DNA of 64,000 nucleotides from Vicinamibacterales bacterium. Lineage in GTDB: Bacteria; Acidobacteriota; Vicinamibacteria; Vicinamibacterales; UBA2999. The position numbers and the translations under genes are program-made. The stretch is from NCBI GenBank assembly GCA_050247355.1, contig JBFWUK010000011.1:68847-132846 (forward strand), given 5' to 3'. Positions 18,822-31,413 of this stretch are shown here, piece after piece (the first letter of the stretch is position 1; the number at the start of each line of letters is the position of its first letter). A model generated the notes under the pieces. That model saw nothing but the letters and a program-made list of their open reading frames with translations, had not been told where the DNA came from and ran no database searches.

Positions 18822-19969
18822 AGCGCGTGCTGCTGGTGCAACCGTCGCTGCAACCGCCGGGCGGCGGCAACGGGGTGGCCGCGTGGGCCTTGCAGGCGCT
18901 CGTGTCCGCCCACCGCGTCACCGTGCTGACGTGGCGTCCCGTGGAAGTCGAGCCAATCAACCGGTTCTTCGGTACCAACCTGCGGCCGAGCAACTTCGAC
19001 ACAATCGTGGTTCCCGCCGCCTGGACCGCACTCCCCGACCGCCTGCCGACGCCGGCGGCGCTGCTGAAGCTATCGTTGCTGACGCGCTACACGCGTATGG
19101 TCAGCGCCGGCTTCGACGTGATCTTCGGGCTGCATAACGAGACCGACTACGGCCGGCGCGGCATTCAGTACATCCATTACCCCACTTACTTGCGGCCTCG
19201 GCCGCCGGCCGATCGACGTTGGTACCATCAACCGAAGGCCGCGCTGGCGGCGTACTACGCGCTGGCGGATCGCCTGGCCGGCCTCTCACTTGCGCGCGTG
19301 AAGTCGAACGTGACGCTCGTGAACTCGAACTGGACCGGCGAGCAAGTGCGCCGCCTGCTGGGCGGCAACCCGCGCACTCTGTATCCGCCGGTGACCGACC
19401 CGGGGCCTGGCCGGCCGTGGGCCCAGCGCGCGCCCGACTTCCTGGCGATCGGACGAATCGCGCCGGAGAAGGAGTACGAGAAGGTCATGCGCATTGTGGC
19501 GCGCGTGCGCGCCGACGGACACGACGCGAAACTGACAATCGTGGGGACGTGGGACCGGCACACGGCTGGCTACCTGGCCGGCCTGCAATCGCAGGCGCGG
19601 TCGTTGGGCGACTGGATCCGGTTTCGCGAGAACGTCAGCCGCGACGAGCTGCGCGACCTGATGGGATCGCATCGCTATGGCCTGCATGGCATGCGGGAAG
19701 AACATTTCGGCATGGCGCCGGCGGAACTGGCGCGCGCCGGCGTCGTGGTGTGGGTGGCGGCGGGTGGCGGCCAGGTCGAGATCGTCGGCGACGAACCGGC
19801 ACTGATCTATCAGTCGGAAGAAGACGCCGCGGCGAAGATCGTCGCCGTACTGTCCGACCCGCCGGCGCAGGAACGGCTGCGGCAGGGCCTCGCGGCAAGC
19901 GCGCCACGGTTCTCGACCGAGCGTTTCATGCACGAGATCCGCGAGGTCGTCGAGGACTTCAGCAACTGA
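18818..19969 (+). CDS. GT4 glycosyltransferase, ALG11-like
   Basis: GGGNGVAAW, QYIHYPT, VNSNWT, LYPPV, IGRIAPEK, YGLHGMREEHFGMAPAE. ATGA overlap with the wecA-like stop. Confidence 0.8.
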   Translation: MKRVLLVQPSLQPPGGGNGVAAWALQALVSAHRVTVLTWRPVEVEPINRFFGTNLRPSNFDTIVVPAAWTALPDRLPTPAALLKLSLLTRYTRMVSAGFDVIFGLHNETDYGRRGIQYIHYPTYLRPRPPADRRWYHQPKAALAAYYALADRLAGLSLARVKSNVTLVNSNWTGEQVRRLLGGNPRTLYPPVTDPGPGRPWAQRAPDFLAIGRIAPEKEYEKVMRIVARVRADGHDAKLTIVGTWDRHTAGYLAGLQSQARSLGDWIRFRENVSRDELRDLMGSHRYGLHGMREEHFGMAPAELARAGVVVWVAAGGGQVEIVGDEPALIYQSEEDAAAKIVAVLSDPPAQERLRQGLAASAPRFSTERFMHEIREVVEDFSN

Positions 19970-19973
19970 CGCC

Positions 19974-21743
<1,770 letters not shown>

Positions 21744-21790
21744 GAGTGGTCCAGTATAGGCCGCGGGCGGTATAGTCGAGGTGGCAGCGC

Positions 21791-23125
21791 ATGCAGGACT
21801 TGACCAACGGGCCGCTCAGCAAACACCTGATCAAGACCACCGGCTTCATGCTCGTCAGCATGATCTTCCAGACCCTGTACGTACTGGTCGATCTCTTCTG
21901 GGTGGGACGGCTCGGCACCGACGCGGTGGCGGCCGTCGGCATCAGCGCGAACCTGTCGTTCCTGGTGCTGGCCATTTCGCAGATGCTCGGCGTCGGCACG
22001 ACGACGGTGGTCTCGCATGCGGCCGGGCGAAAGGAACACGACCAGGCGATTCATCTGTTCAACCAGTCGCAGGTGCTGTCGATGGTGGCCGGCGTACTGT
22101 TTCTTTCGGTGGGCATGTTCTACCGGACCGCCTACGCCGCGGCGCTGAGCGCCGACGCCAGCATGCAGGCACAGACCGAGGAGTACCTGCTCTGGTTCAT
22201 TCCCGCCATGGCGCTGCAGTTTGCGATGGTAGCGATGGGCGCGGCCCTGCGCGGCATCGGCAACTTCAAGCCGGGGATGTACGTCCAGACCGGCACGGTC
22301 ATCATCAACATCGTGCTGGCACCGTTCCTGATCTTCGGCTGGGGCCCCTTCCCCGCCTACGGCGTAGCCGGCGCCGCCCTCGCGACTTTCGTGGCGATCG
22401 CCTTCGGCGTGGCGTGGCTGGCGTACTACTTCCTCGACCGCGACGCGTACCTGCGGTTCCGCCCGGAAACCTGGACTCCCGAGTTTGGCGTCTGGCGGCG
22501 AATGCTCAAGATTGGGCTGCCGGCCGGCGCCGAGTTCGGGCTGATGGGAGTCTACATGGTGGTGGTCTACGCCATCAGCCGGCCGTTTGGCGCCGCCGCC
22601 CAGGCCGGGTTCGGCGTCGGGCTCCGCATCGTGCAATCGGCGTTCCTGCCCATCGTGGCGCTCGGTTTCGCGGTCGCGCCGGTCGCCGGACAGAACTTCG
22701 GCGCCGGCAAGGGCGACCGCGTGCGCGCCGCCTTCAAGGACGCGGCGGCCATGGCCGCGGCGTACGCGCTGGTGGCCAGCGTCGCCATTTACCTGGCGGC
22801 GGCGCAGATCATGGGGCTGTTCAGTTCCGATCCCGAGGTGATTCACGTCGGCGTCGACTACCTGCACGTGGTGACCCTGAACTTCGTGGCGTCGGGCATC
22901 ACGTTCGTGTCGGCGAGCATGTTCCAGGCCATGGGCAACACGCTGCCGTCGCTGGCAACGTCGTTCCTGCGGCTGTTCGTGGGCATCGTGCCCGCGGTGG
23001 TGCTGTCGCGGCGGCCCGACTTCGCGCTGACCTGGATCTGGTGGTTTACCGTCTTGTCAACCATGCTGCAGATGACGCTGAACCTGATCCTGCTTCAGCG
23101 CGAATTCCGGCTGAAGCTCGCGTAG
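21791..23125 (+). CDS. MATE family efflux transporter
   Basis: DLTNGP, VDLFWVGRLG..AVAAVG, NIVLAPFLIFG, KIGLPAG, GQNFGAG. Confidence 0.92.
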   Translation: MQDLTNGPLSKHLIKTTGFMLVSMIFQTLYVLVDLFWVGRLGTDAVAAVGISANLSFLVLAISQMLGVGTTTVVSHAAGRKEHDQAIHLFNQSQVLSMVAGVLFLSVGMFYRTAYAAALSADASMQAQTEEYLLWFIPAMALQFAMVAMGAALRGIGNFKPGMYVQTGTVIINIVLAPFLIFGWGPFPAYGVAGAALATFVAIAFGVAWLAYYFLDRDAYLRFRPETWTPEFGVWRRMLKIGLPAGAEFGLMGVYMVVVYAISRPFGAAAQAGFGVGLRIVQSAFLPIVALGFAVAPVAGQNFGAGKGDRVRAAFKDAAAMAAAYALVASVAIYLAAAQIMGLFSSDPEVIHVGVDYLHVVTLNFVASGITFVSASMFQAMGNTLPSLATSFLRLFVGIVPAVVLSRRPDFALTWIWWFTVLSTMLQMTLNLILLQREFRLKLA

Positions 23126-23126
23126 C

Positions 23127-23210
23127 GAGATCAAGAGACAACAGGAGATAAGGAGTTCAGGAGACAGGAAGGTTAATTCTCCTTATCTCCTTATCTCTTG
23201 ATCTCCTGTT
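23127..23210. repeat. Palindromic element with about 9-bp AGGAGA-rich units
   Basis: GAGATCAAGAGA (23127-23138) / TCTCTTGATCTC (23194-23205); AGGAGATAAGGAG arm versus CTCCTTATCTCCT arm. Confidence 0.7.
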
Positions 23211-23234
23211 ACTGCCTATATAATCGCCTCGCCC

Positions 23235-24794
23235 ATGAAGCTCGCCGTCCCGAAAGAATGCCGCCCCGGTGAACGCCGGGTGGCGGTCACCCCTGAAAAT
23301 GTCGCAAAGCTGGTCAAGCTGGGCTTCACGGTCGCGGTCGAACACGACGCCGGCGCGGCCGCCTCGTTTGGCGACGACGACTATGCCGCCGCCGGCGCCG
23401 AGGTAATCACCGGCACGCGCGAGATCTGGCAAGCCGGCGACATCGTCCTCAAGGTGCAGCCGCCCGCGGCGCACCCGGAACTCGGCGTCCACGAGGCCGA
23501 GCTGATCCGCGAGGGTGGCACGCTGATCAGCTTCCTGTTTCCGGCCAAGAACAAGGAGATCGTCGACCGGCTGGCGGCCCGCAAGGCCACGGCGATCGCC
23601 GTGGACCAGATTCCACGTATCTCCCGCGCGCAGAAGATGGACGCGTTGTCGTCGATGGCCAACATCGCCGGCTACCGCGCCGTGGTCGAGGCGGCCAGCT
23701 TCTACGGCCGGTTCTTCACCGGGCAGATGACGGCGGCCGGACGCGTGCCGCCGGCGAAGGTGCTGGTTATCGGCGCCGGCGTGGCGGGCCTGGCGGCGAT
23801 CGGCGCCGCCCGCGGCATGGGCGCCATCGTCCGCGCCTTCGACACGCGCCCGACGGTGAAAGAGCAAGTCAAGAGCATGGGCGCCGAGTTCATCGAGCTC
23901 GACGTGCACGAAGACGGCGAGGGCACCGGCGGCTACGCCAAGGAAATGAGCCCCGCCTTCATCAAGGCCGAGATGGAGATGTTCGCGGCGCAGGCACGCG
24001 ACGTCGACATCATCATCACCACCGCGCTGATTCCCAACCGGCCGGCGCCGATCCTGATCACCGAAGAGATGGTCAAGGGGATGAAGAAGGGCTCGGTGAT
24101 CGTCGACCTGGCCGCCGAGAACGGCGGCAACTGCGCGCTGACCGATCCGGGCAACGTCGTGCAGAAGTACGGCGTCCACATCCTGGGCTACACCGATCTG
24201 CCGAGCCGCCTCGCGCCGACCGCCAGCTTCCTGTTCGGCAACAACCTGACGCACCTGCTGTCGGATCTCGGCGGCGCCAGTCACTTCCACCTCGACCTGG
24301 CCGATGAAGTGGTGCGCGGCGCGCTGGTGCTGCGCGACGGCGAGTTGTTGTGGCCGCCGCCCGCGCGGCCGCCCGCGGCGCTGCCGCCGGAACCGAAGGT
24401 GATCGCGCCACCGGTTGCCGCGGCGCACGGCGCCAAGGCGCCGGCGTCTGGCGGCGTCGCCGGGCCGGTGTTCGCGCTGGTCGCCGCGGTGGCGCTCGTC
24501 GCCCTCGGCATGGTGGCGCCGCCGGCCTTCCTGACGCACCTGACCGTGTTCGCGCTGTCGGTCGTGATTGGCTGGCAGGTGGTGTGGAACGTCACGCCGG
24601 CCCTGCACACGCCGCTGATGAGCGTGACCAACGCCATCAGCGGCATCATCGTGCTGGGCGGCATGCTGCAGTTGAACGGGCCGCTCACGTCGCCGGTGGT
24701 GCTGGTCGGCACCGCCGCCATCCTCCTCGCCACCATCAACATCGTCGGCGGTTTCCTAGTGACGCAGCGGATGCTCAGGATGTTTAGACGATGA
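23235..24794 (+). CDS. pntA: NAD(P) transhydrogenase subunit alpha
   Basis: [55 protein letters not shown]. Confidence 0.98.
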   Translation: MKLAVPKECRPGERRVAVTPENVAKLVKLGFTVAVEHDAGAAASFGDDDYAAAGAEVITGTREIWQAGDIVLKVQPPAAHPELGVHEAELIREGGTLISFLFPAKNKEIVDRLAARKATAIAVDQIPRISRAQKMDALSSMANIAGYRAVVEAASFYGRFFTGQMTAAGRVPPAKVLVIGAGVAGLAAIGAARGMGAIVRAFDTRPTVKEQVKSMGAEFIELDVHEDGEGTGGYAKEMSPAFIKAEMEMFAAQARDVDIIITTALIPNRPAPILITEEMVKGMKKGSVIVDLAAENGGNCALTDPGNVVQKYGVHILGYTDLPSRLAPTASFLFGNNLTHLLSDLGGASHFHLDLADEVVRGALVLRDGELLWPPPARPPAALPPEPKVIAPPVAAAHGAKAPASGGVAGPVFALVAAVALVALGMVAPPAFLTHLTVFALSVVIGWQVVWNVTPALHTPLMSVTNAISGIIVLGGMLQLNGPLTSPVVLVGTAAILLATINIVGGFLVTQRMLRMFRR

Positions 24795-26197
24795 TCACGC
24801 TTCCTGAGACATTGGTAACGATCGCGTATCTCGCGGCCGGCATTCTCTTCATTCAAAGTCTCGGCGGGCTGTCGAAGCAGGAATCGGCGCGCCGCGGCAA
24901 CCTGTTCGGCATCATCGGCATGGCGCTGGCGGTCGGCGTGACGGCCTTTGGCCCACAGGCCGGCAACTACCCCGTGCTGATCGGCGCGCTGGTGATCGGC
25001 GGCGCGATTGGCGCGGCCATGGCGGCGCGGGTGGCGATGACCGACATGCCGCAACTGGTGGCGATGCTGCACAGCTTCGTCGGCCTGGCGGCGGTGCTGG
25101 TCGGGTTCGGCGGCACGCTCAACCCCGCCAACACGCTGGTCGGGGTCGAGGCCACCATCCACTCGGTGGAAACGTTCGTCGGCGTGTTCGTCGGCGCGGT
25201 CACGTTCACCGGCTCGATCATCGCGTTCGGCAAGCTGCAGGGCCTGATCGGCAGCCGGCCGTTGCTGCTGCCGGCCCGCCACGCCCTCAACCTGGCCATG
25301 CTGCTGGCGTGCGTGTTCCTTGGCTACCAGTTCGTCGGCGCCGACCACGGCGCCGCGCTGCAGCCGCTCGTCATCGCGACCGTCATCTCGTCGCTGCTCG
25401 GCATCCACCTGGTGATGGCGATCGGCGGTGCCGACATGCCGGTGGTCGTATCGATGCTCAACAGCTACTCCGGCTGGGCGGCGGCCTCGATGGGCTTCAT
25501 GCTCGGCAACGACCTGCTGATCATCACCGGCGCGCTGGTCGGATCGAGCGGCGCGATCCTGAGCTACATCATGTGCCACGCCATGAACCGCTCGTTCCTG
25601 AGCGTGATTCTCGGCGGTTTCGGCGCCGAGGAAGGCAAGGCCCCGGCCGCGGGGGCACAGCCTGCCGGCGAAGTGAAGAGCATTACGGCGGAAGAGACCG
25701 CCGAGCTGTTGCGGGAGGCCAAGAGCGTGGTGGTGGTGCCGGGCTACGGCATGGCCGTGGCGCAGGCGCAGCACCCGATGTACGAAGTCACGAAGATCCT
25801 GCGCGACAAGGGCGCCAACGTCCGCTTCGCCATCCACCCGGTCGCCGGCCGCCTGCCCGGCCACATGAACGTGCTGTTGGCCGAGGCCAAGGTGCCGTAC
25901 GACATCGTGCTGGAGATGGAAGAGATCAACCACGACTTCAAGGACACCGACGTCGTGATCGTGTGCGGCGCCAACGACATCGTCAATCCGGGCGCGCTCG
26001 ACGATCCATCGAGCCCGATTTTTGGCATGCCGATCCTGGAAGTGTGGAAGGCCAAGACCTGCATCGTGATGAAGCGCGGCATGGCCAGCGGCTACGCCGG
26101 TGTCGACAACCCGCTGTTCTACAAGGACAACACGCAGATGTTGTTCGGCGACGCCAAGAAGATGATCGACGCGGTGCTGGCCGAACTGAAGAAGTGA
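24791..26197 (+). CDS. pntB: NAD(P) transhydrogenase subunit beta
   Basis: [50 protein letters not shown]. Confidence 0.98.
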   Translation: MITLPETLVTIAYLAAGILFIQSLGGLSKQESARRGNLFGIIGMALAVGVTAFGPQAGNYPVLIGALVIGGAIGAAMAARVAMTDMPQLVAMLHSFVGLAAVLVGFGGTLNPANTLVGVEATIHSVETFVGVFVGAVTFTGSIIAFGKLQGLIGSRPLLLPARHALNLAMLLACVFLGYQFVGADHGAALQPLVIATVISSLLGIHLVMAIGGADMPVVVSMLNSYSGWAAASMGFMLGNDLLIITGALVGSSGAILSYIMCHAMNRSFLSVILGGFGAEEGKAPAAGAQPAGEVKSITAEETAELLREAKSVVVVPGYGMAVAQAQHPMYEVTKILRDKGANVRFAIHPVAGRLPGHMNVLLAEAKVPYDIVLEMEEINHDFKDTDVVIVCGANDIVNPGALDDPSSPIFGMPILEVWKAKTCIVMKRGMASGYAGVDNPLFYKDNTQMLFGDAKKMIDAVLAELKK

Positions 26198-26256
26198 TCG
26201 GCGCGATCGGAATCGCGCTCGCCGCGGTGGCATCGCCACCCGTCCGGAGGTCATCC

Positions 26257-27546
26257 ATGTCAAGGCGTCGAATCGGGCTTGCCCTCGTGCTCGCGGGCTT
26301 CGTCCTGCTGCCCACACCCGCGTCACTGCAGACACAGACCGACAAAGCTAAGGCTTCGTCGTCACCAGCGGCAGGAGGACTGGCCCCCGAGCGCCTGGCC
26401 GTGATCGACCGCGGCTTGCAGCGCTATGTCGACGACAACCGCGTCGCCGGCATCGTCGCCCTCGTCCTCCGGGAGGGCCAGCCGGTCTACGCCAAAGCCC
26501 TGGGCTGGGCCGACAAGGAAGCCGGCCGCCGCATGGCCGCCGACACCATCTTCCGGATCGCATCGCAGACCAAGGCGCTGACCAGCGTCGCCATCATGCA
26601 GTTGATCGAGGAAGGCCGGCTCTCGCTGGGGCGCCGCGCCGGCGACTTCATTCCCACCTTTGCCAGGACGACGGTGGCGATCGGCAAGAAAGGCGAGACG
26701 GTGATCACCGAGCCGGCGCGACGACCGATCACCATTCGCGACCTGCTCACGCACACCGCCGGTGTCTCCTACGGCACCGACCCGCTGGTCTCGAACCTCT
26801 ACGCCGCGAAAGGCCTGGGACCATCGGCCGGCATGGGCTGGTACACGGCCGACAAGGATGAACCGGTGTGCGCGACCATGGAGCGGCTCGGGACTCTGCC
26901 GTTCGTGGCGCAGCCCGGGGAGAAGTGGGTCTACGGCTACAACACCGACATCCTCGGCTGCATTGTCGAGAAGGTGTCGGGGATGCCGCTCGATGAATAC
27001 CTGCGCACCCGCATCACGCAACCCCTCGGCATGAAGGACACGCAGTTCTTCCTGCCGGCTGCCGATCGCGATCGGCTGGCCGCGGTGTATGCGAGCCAGG
27101 ATGACGCTTACGTGCGCGCGCCCGAGGGCGGGCGCGGCCAGGGCCACTACGCCGAAGGGCCGCGCAAGAACTTCGCCGGCGGCGCCGGCCTGCTGTCGAC
27201 GGCCCGCGACTACGCGCGCTTTCTCGAGGCGATTCGGCTCGGCGGCACGCTTGATGGCGTGCGCATCCTGTCGCCGCGCAGCGTGCGGCTGATGGCCACC
27301 AACCAGGTGGGCACGCTGCATTCGACGACCGGGCTCGGCTTCGGCCTGGGCTTCGAGACGACCGACCGTTACGGCGCCGGCGGCATGCAGACCGAAGGCT
27401 CGTACGGGTGGGGCGGCGCCTACGGCTCGGTCTACCGGATCGATCCGGCCCAGAGACTGGTGATGGTCATGATGATCCAACTGATGCCCAACAGCAGCGA
27501 CCTGCGTGAGGTGTTTCCGAACCTCGTCTACCAGGCGTTGCAGTGA
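26257..27546 (+). CDS. Serine hydrolase (beta-lactamase class C-like)
   Basis: FRIASQTK (SxxK), LLTHTAG, WVYG, WGG; GGAGG RBS and signal peptide. Confidence 0.9.
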   Translation: MSRRRIGLALVLAGFVLLPTPASLQTQTDKAKASSSPAAGGLAPERLAVIDRGLQRYVDDNRVAGIVALVLREGQPVYAKALGWADKEAGRRMAADTIFRIASQTKALTSVAIMQLIEEGRLSLGRRAGDFIPTFARTTVAIGKKGETVITEPARRPITIRDLLTHTAGVSYGTDPLVSNLYAAKGLGPSAGMGWYTADKDEPVCATMERLGTLPFVAQPGEKWVYGYNTDILGCIVEKVSGMPLDEYLRTRITQPLGMKDTQFFLPAADRDRLAAVYASQDDAYVRAPEGGRGQGHYAEGPRKNFAGGAGLLSTARDYARFLEAIRLGGTLDGVRILSPRSVRLMATNQVGTLHSTTGLGFGLGFETTDRYGAGGMQTEGSYGWGGAYGSVYRIDPAQRLVMVMMIQLMPNSSDLREVFPNLVYQALQ

Positions 27547-28343
27547 AGGTCTTCAGCGACCATGCCCTGGCGAAGCGGCTGGAGCTGACCGAGGGACGCG
27601 GCAACGCCGCGTTCGTCGAGGTGCAGGCACGACAGGACCCCACGGCCGGCGCGACGTGGCGCGACATTGGCGGCACACTCGCCATGTTCTCGGGCGTGGG
27701 TTCGCCGTTGACGCAGACGTTCGGTCTCGGCGTCGGAGCGTCGTTCACCGAATCGGATCTCGACGCCATCGAGGCCTTCTTCACCACCCGCGGCTCATCG
27801 GTGTTCCACGAAGTCAGCCCGCTGGCCGGCGTCGAGGTATTCGCCACGCTGGCGGGGCGAGGCTACCGGCCGGTCGAACTTTCGAGCGTGATGTTCCGGG
27901 TCCTCGACAGCAAGCGCGACAGCGAAGCCGTCAATCCGCGGATCCGCGTTCGCGAGGTGACACGCGACGAGGCGGGCCTGTACGCTTCGGTCTCGGCGCG
28001 GGGCTGGAGCGAAACCGCCGAAGTGCAGGCGTTCATCGACGGCTTCGCGCGCGTCAGTGTCGAGTACGCCACGTGCACCGTCGCCGAACTCGACGGTACG
28101 GCCATCGCCGCAGCGGCGTTGTATCTGTCGGAAGGGGTCGGGCTGCTCGCGGGCGCAAGCACGGTGCCCGAAGGACGGCGCCAGGGCGCCCAGGCGGCGC
28201 TGCTCGACTGGCGGCTGAAGCGGCTGGCGGCGGAGGGCTGCGACCTGGCCATGATCTGCGCGGCGCCGGGGAGCGCGTCGCAGCGCAATGCCGAGCGCAA
28301 CGGCTTTCGCATCGCGTACACGCGCACCAAGTGGCAACGGTGA
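27543..28343 (+). CDS. GNAT family acetyltransferase
   Basis: LAGASTVPEGRRQGAQAALL...SASQRNAERNGF. Confidence 0.88.
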   Translation: MKVFSDHALAKRLELTEGRGNAAFVEVQARQDPTAGATWRDIGGTLAMFSGVGSPLTQTFGLGVGASFTESDLDAIEAFFTTRGSSVFHEVSPLAGVEVFATLAGRGYRPVELSSVMFRVLDSKRDSEAVNPRIRVREVTRDEAGLYASVSARGWSETAEVQAFIDGFARVSVEYATCTVAELDGTAIAAAALYLSEGVGLLAGASTVPEGRRQGAQAALLDWRLKRLAAEGCDLAMICAAPGSASQRNAERNGFRIAYTRTKWQR

Positions 28344-28375
28344 CGCCGTGGCCGGTCTGACCCTATAATCGTCGG

Positions 28376-29566
28376 ATGGCGCGCGGCCCGCTGGCTCTTC
28401 TGATCGCTGTCCTCTTGAGTGCGCCGGCCGCCGCACAGTCAACCCGAGTCGAAGCGATCGCCGAGCAGCAGGCCGAGAAGGCCAAGGCGCTGGAACCGGA
28501 GGGCCCGAACCCGGCGGAACGGGTGATCGTCCAGGTCATGAACTCGCCGCTGTTCTCGGGCGAGGGCGGCGCCTATCCCTGGTTCGGCAGCGTCTATGGC
28601 GGCAGCGGCTTCTCGGTCGGCGCCGGCTACCTGCGGCGCCTGCCGCGTGGTGCGTCGGCCAACGCGGTTGCCGGCATTTCGATGAACAGTTCGCACTTGC
28701 TCGAGGGACGCTTTACCGCGCCTGAGCTGTGGCACGGCGCGCTGCGTCTCGATGGCCTGGTGCGCCGGATCAGCGCCAGGGAAGTCGACTTCTTCGGTTA
28801 CGGCCCGGACTCGAGCAACGATGGCAACGTCGAGTACGACTTCCGGCCGACCGAGGTCGGCCTCGACGCCACGCTGCAGCCGGGCGGCCGCTGGTTCTCC
28901 GTCGGCGCCGGCTACGCGCGGCTGGGCATTCGCTCCAACTACGACACGCCGAACGATGCCGATGATGAGCCGGTGATCGAGAGGGCGGCGCCGGGTGTCG
29001 GCGAGCCGCTCGACTACAACATCGTGCGCGCGACCGCCGCCATCGACTGGCGCACGTCGCCGGGCTACAGCACCCGCGGTGGACTCTACCGCGTGCGCCT
29101 GTCGCGCCACCGCGCGACCGGCCAGCACGCATTCAGCTTCAAGACCACTGAATGGGAAGTCGTGCAGCTCGCGCCGTTGGTGCGCGAGCAGTTCGTGTTT
29201 GCGTTCCGCGGCCTCGCCACGTTCACCACGCCCGACGCCGGCCACGCCGTGCCGGTGATGCTGGCGCCGTTCCTCGGCAACGGTTCGACACTGCGCGGCT
29301 TCGTCAACCACCGCTTCACCGACCGGCATCGCGTGCTGCTGACCGGCGAGTACCGCTGGCGTCCCTCCCGCTACCTCGACATGGCCCTGTTCCTCGATGC
29401 CGGACAGGTGGCGGCCGAGCGCCGCGCCTTCCGGCTGGGCGAGTTCGAGACCTCGTGGGGCCTGGGGGCGCGCTTTCACGGGCCCGCGTTCAACGCGTTG
29501 CGCATCGAGGTCGCGCGCGGACGTGAAGGCATGCGGCTGATCGTCGGTGGGGCGCAGGCATTCTGA
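28376..29566 (+). CDS. Omp85 (BamA/TamA-family) beta-barrel without evident POTRA domains
   Basis: Signal peptide; LGNGSTLRGF..RF, GEYRW, FLDAGQV, SWGLGARF; C-terminal F; only 396 aa. Confidence 0.8.
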   Translation: MARGPLALLIAVLLSAPAAAQSTRVEAIAEQQAEKAKALEPEGPNPAERVIVQVMNSPLFSGEGGAYPWFGSVYGGSGFSVGAGYLRRLPRGASANAVAGISMNSSHLLEGRFTAPELWHGALRLDGLVRRISAREVDFFGYGPDSSNDGNVEYDFRPTEVGLDATLQPGGRWFSVGAGYARLGIRSNYDTPNDADDEPVIERAAPGVGEPLDYNIVRATAAIDWRTSPGYSTRGGLYRVRLSRHRATGQHAFSFKTTEWEVVQLAPLVREQFVFAFRGLATFTTPDAGHAVPVMLAPFLGNGSTLRGFVNHRFTDRHRVLLTGEYRWRPSRYLDMALFLDAGQVAAERRAFRLGEFETSWGLGARFHGPAFNALRIEVARGREGMRLIVGGAQAF

Positions 29567-29680
29567 ACACCGATGGCGTTTCAACCCGGGCCGCAGATGA
29601 CACCGCTGGCGTTCTACCAGGGCCGCAGATGACACCACTGGCGTTTCACCAGGGCCGCAGATGACACAGATGACGCAGAT
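29567..29680. repeat. Three 32-bp tandem units containing GGGCCGCAGATGACAC
   Basis: Cores at 29588, 29620 and 29652; the last runs into the MTQMTQ start of the next CDS. Confidence 0.85.
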
Positions 29681-31304
29681 CAGGGTGATCGCGATTGCCA
29701 CCGTCGTGCTCGCGGCAACCCTTGTTGTCGGCGGGCAGACGCGTCGCTTTTTCCCGGACGATCCGATCTGGCGGGAGCCGGTCACGCAGGACGTCAAGAA
29801 CGCGACCCGCTACGAACCGGATCTGGCCTACCAGACGCTCGAGAACCTGTTCTGGCATCCGGGCGACAGCCAGACCGGCCAGCGGGCGAAGAACATCAAT
29901 ACCGTGGACGAAGTACCGGACGGCCCGTTCTTCGTCAACCGCGCCGGCCGGCTGCCGCTGACGCCGGCGCTGGTGGCGCGCGCGGCCAACACCAGCGACG
30001 GCCCGGTTGCCGGCCCGTGGACCGTCGTGTCGGCGAAGAGCGACGGTGTCACGCCGGGATTCACCATTCGCGACGCCGCCAACCAGCTGTGGTTCATCAA
30101 GTTCGATCCGCCCGGGTGGCGGGCGATGGCGACCGGCAGCGAGATTGTCGCGGCCAAGCTGTTCTGGGCCGCCGGTTACCACACGGCCGAATACCACATC
30201 GGGCAGTTGCAGCCGGCCAACCTGGTGATTGGCAAGGACACCCGCATCACGCCGCCGGGCGAAGCGCCGCGGGCCATGCAGCACAGCGATATCGCGTGGC
30301 TGCTGTCGCGCGCCGACCGCGACGCCGACGGCAGCTACCGGGTGATTTTGAGCAAGGCCACGCCGGGCCGGCCGGTCGGCCGCATCGGCTTTCATGGCAC
30401 GCGCGCCGACGATCCCAACGACATCGTCCCGCACGAGCATCGCCGGGAGTTGCGCGGCTACTTCGTGTTCGCGGCGTGGCTCAACCACGTCGATGCCAAG
30501 GGCATCAACTCGCTGTCGTCGCTCGTCACCGAGAACGGCCGCAGCTTCATTCGCCATTACCTGCTCGACTTCGGCTCGGCGCTGGGCAGCGCCGCCGTCG
30601 GCCCGCGCGAGGGCTGGGAGGGCTACGAAGCCCTGCTCGAGCAACCGGGCGATATCGGCAAGCGCGTGCTGTCGTTCGGCTTCAAGATTCCGCGGTGGCG
30701 CACGCAGGACTACTTCGAGTCGCCCGCCATCGGCCGCCTGCCGCGCGACCATGCCGAGTGGGACCCCGAGTCGTGGTGGCCGCACATCACCAACGCCGCT
30801 TTCAGGCACAGCCGGGCCGACGATACGTTCTGGGCGGCCACGAAACTGGCCGCGATCAGCGACGACATGATCAAGGCCGCGGTCAGCGAGGGAAAGTTCG
30901 GCGACCCGGTTTCCGAGGCGTTCCTGGCGAAGGCCATCTCCGATCGGCGGCTGCGAATCCTGCAGGCGTTTCTACCCAAGGTGAACCCGCTGGTCGATGC
31001 CGCCATCGACGACAACCGGTTGACCTTCCGGAACATTGCCGTCGAGATGGCGGTTGCCGACCGCGCCCCCGGCTACCGCGCGCTGTGGTACACGTTCGAC
31101 AACCTGGCCGACAAAGCCACGCTGGTGGCGACCACCGAGGAAACGCAGAGCCCGCTCCCCGTGCCGGCGCTGCCCGCCTCGGAGTTCATCAAGGTCGACA
31201 TCTCGGCGGTCGGTGGCCCCGAGGCCTGGAGCCGGCCTATTTCCGTGTATTTCCGAAGAAATTCCTCGGGTTGGAGCCTGGTCGGCCTCGAACGGATGCC
31301 CTGA
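29661..31304 (+). CDS. Secreted hypothetical protein with HipA/PI3K-like kinase motifs
   Basis: Signal peptide; DGVTPGF, WFIKFD, ATGSE, WLNHVDAKGIN, YLLDFG. Confidence 0.65.
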   Translation: MTQMTQIRVIAIATVVLAATLVVGGQTRRFFPDDPIWREPVTQDVKNATRYEPDLAYQTLENLFWHPGDSQTGQRAKNINTVDEVPDGPFFVNRAGRLPLTPALVARAANTSDGPVAGPWTVVSAKSDGVTPGFTIRDAANQLWFIKFDPPGWRAMATGSEIVAAKLFWAAGYHTAEYHIGQLQPANLVIGKDTRITPPGEAPRAMQHSDIAWLLSRADRDADGSYRVILSKATPGRPVGRIGFHGTRADDPNDIVPHEHRRELRGYFVFAAWLNHVDAKGINSLSSLVTENGRSFIRHYLLDFGSALGSAAVGPREGWEGYEALLEQPGDIGKRVLSFGFKIPRWRTQDYFESPAIGRLPRDHAEWDPESWWPHITNAAFRHSRADDTFWAATKLAAISDDMIKAAVSEGKFGDPVSEAFLAKAISDRRLRILQAFLPKVNPLVDAAIDDNRLTFRNIAVEMAVADRAPGYRALWYTFDNLADKATLVATTEETQSPLPVPALPASEFIKVDISAVGGPEAWSRPISVYFRRNSSGWSLVGLERMP

Positions 31305-31413
31305 ATTCACGAATTGCACGGATTTGCCGATATCCGTAGAAGGGGTGAAACCCTGAATTTCCGTGCGATACTGGATGACCGTTTTTCGCCAACCCAAGCG
31401 AGAGTTTTACTTG

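Noticed and set aside
21791-23125. MATE gene as an Rft1/Wzx-type flippase of the glycan locus
   Set aside because: The motifs fit ordinary drug-efflux MATE proteins; adjacency is the only link, so it is left out of the proposed system though not excluded.
26257-27546. True beta-lactamase resistance gene
   Set aside because: Generic SxxK serine hydrolase of a family common in such genomes; nothing indicates antibiotic specificity.
29567-29680. 32-bp-period repeats as a mini-CRISPR
   Set aside because: The intervening segments are near-identical to each other and only about 16 bp long; this is a tandem duplication.
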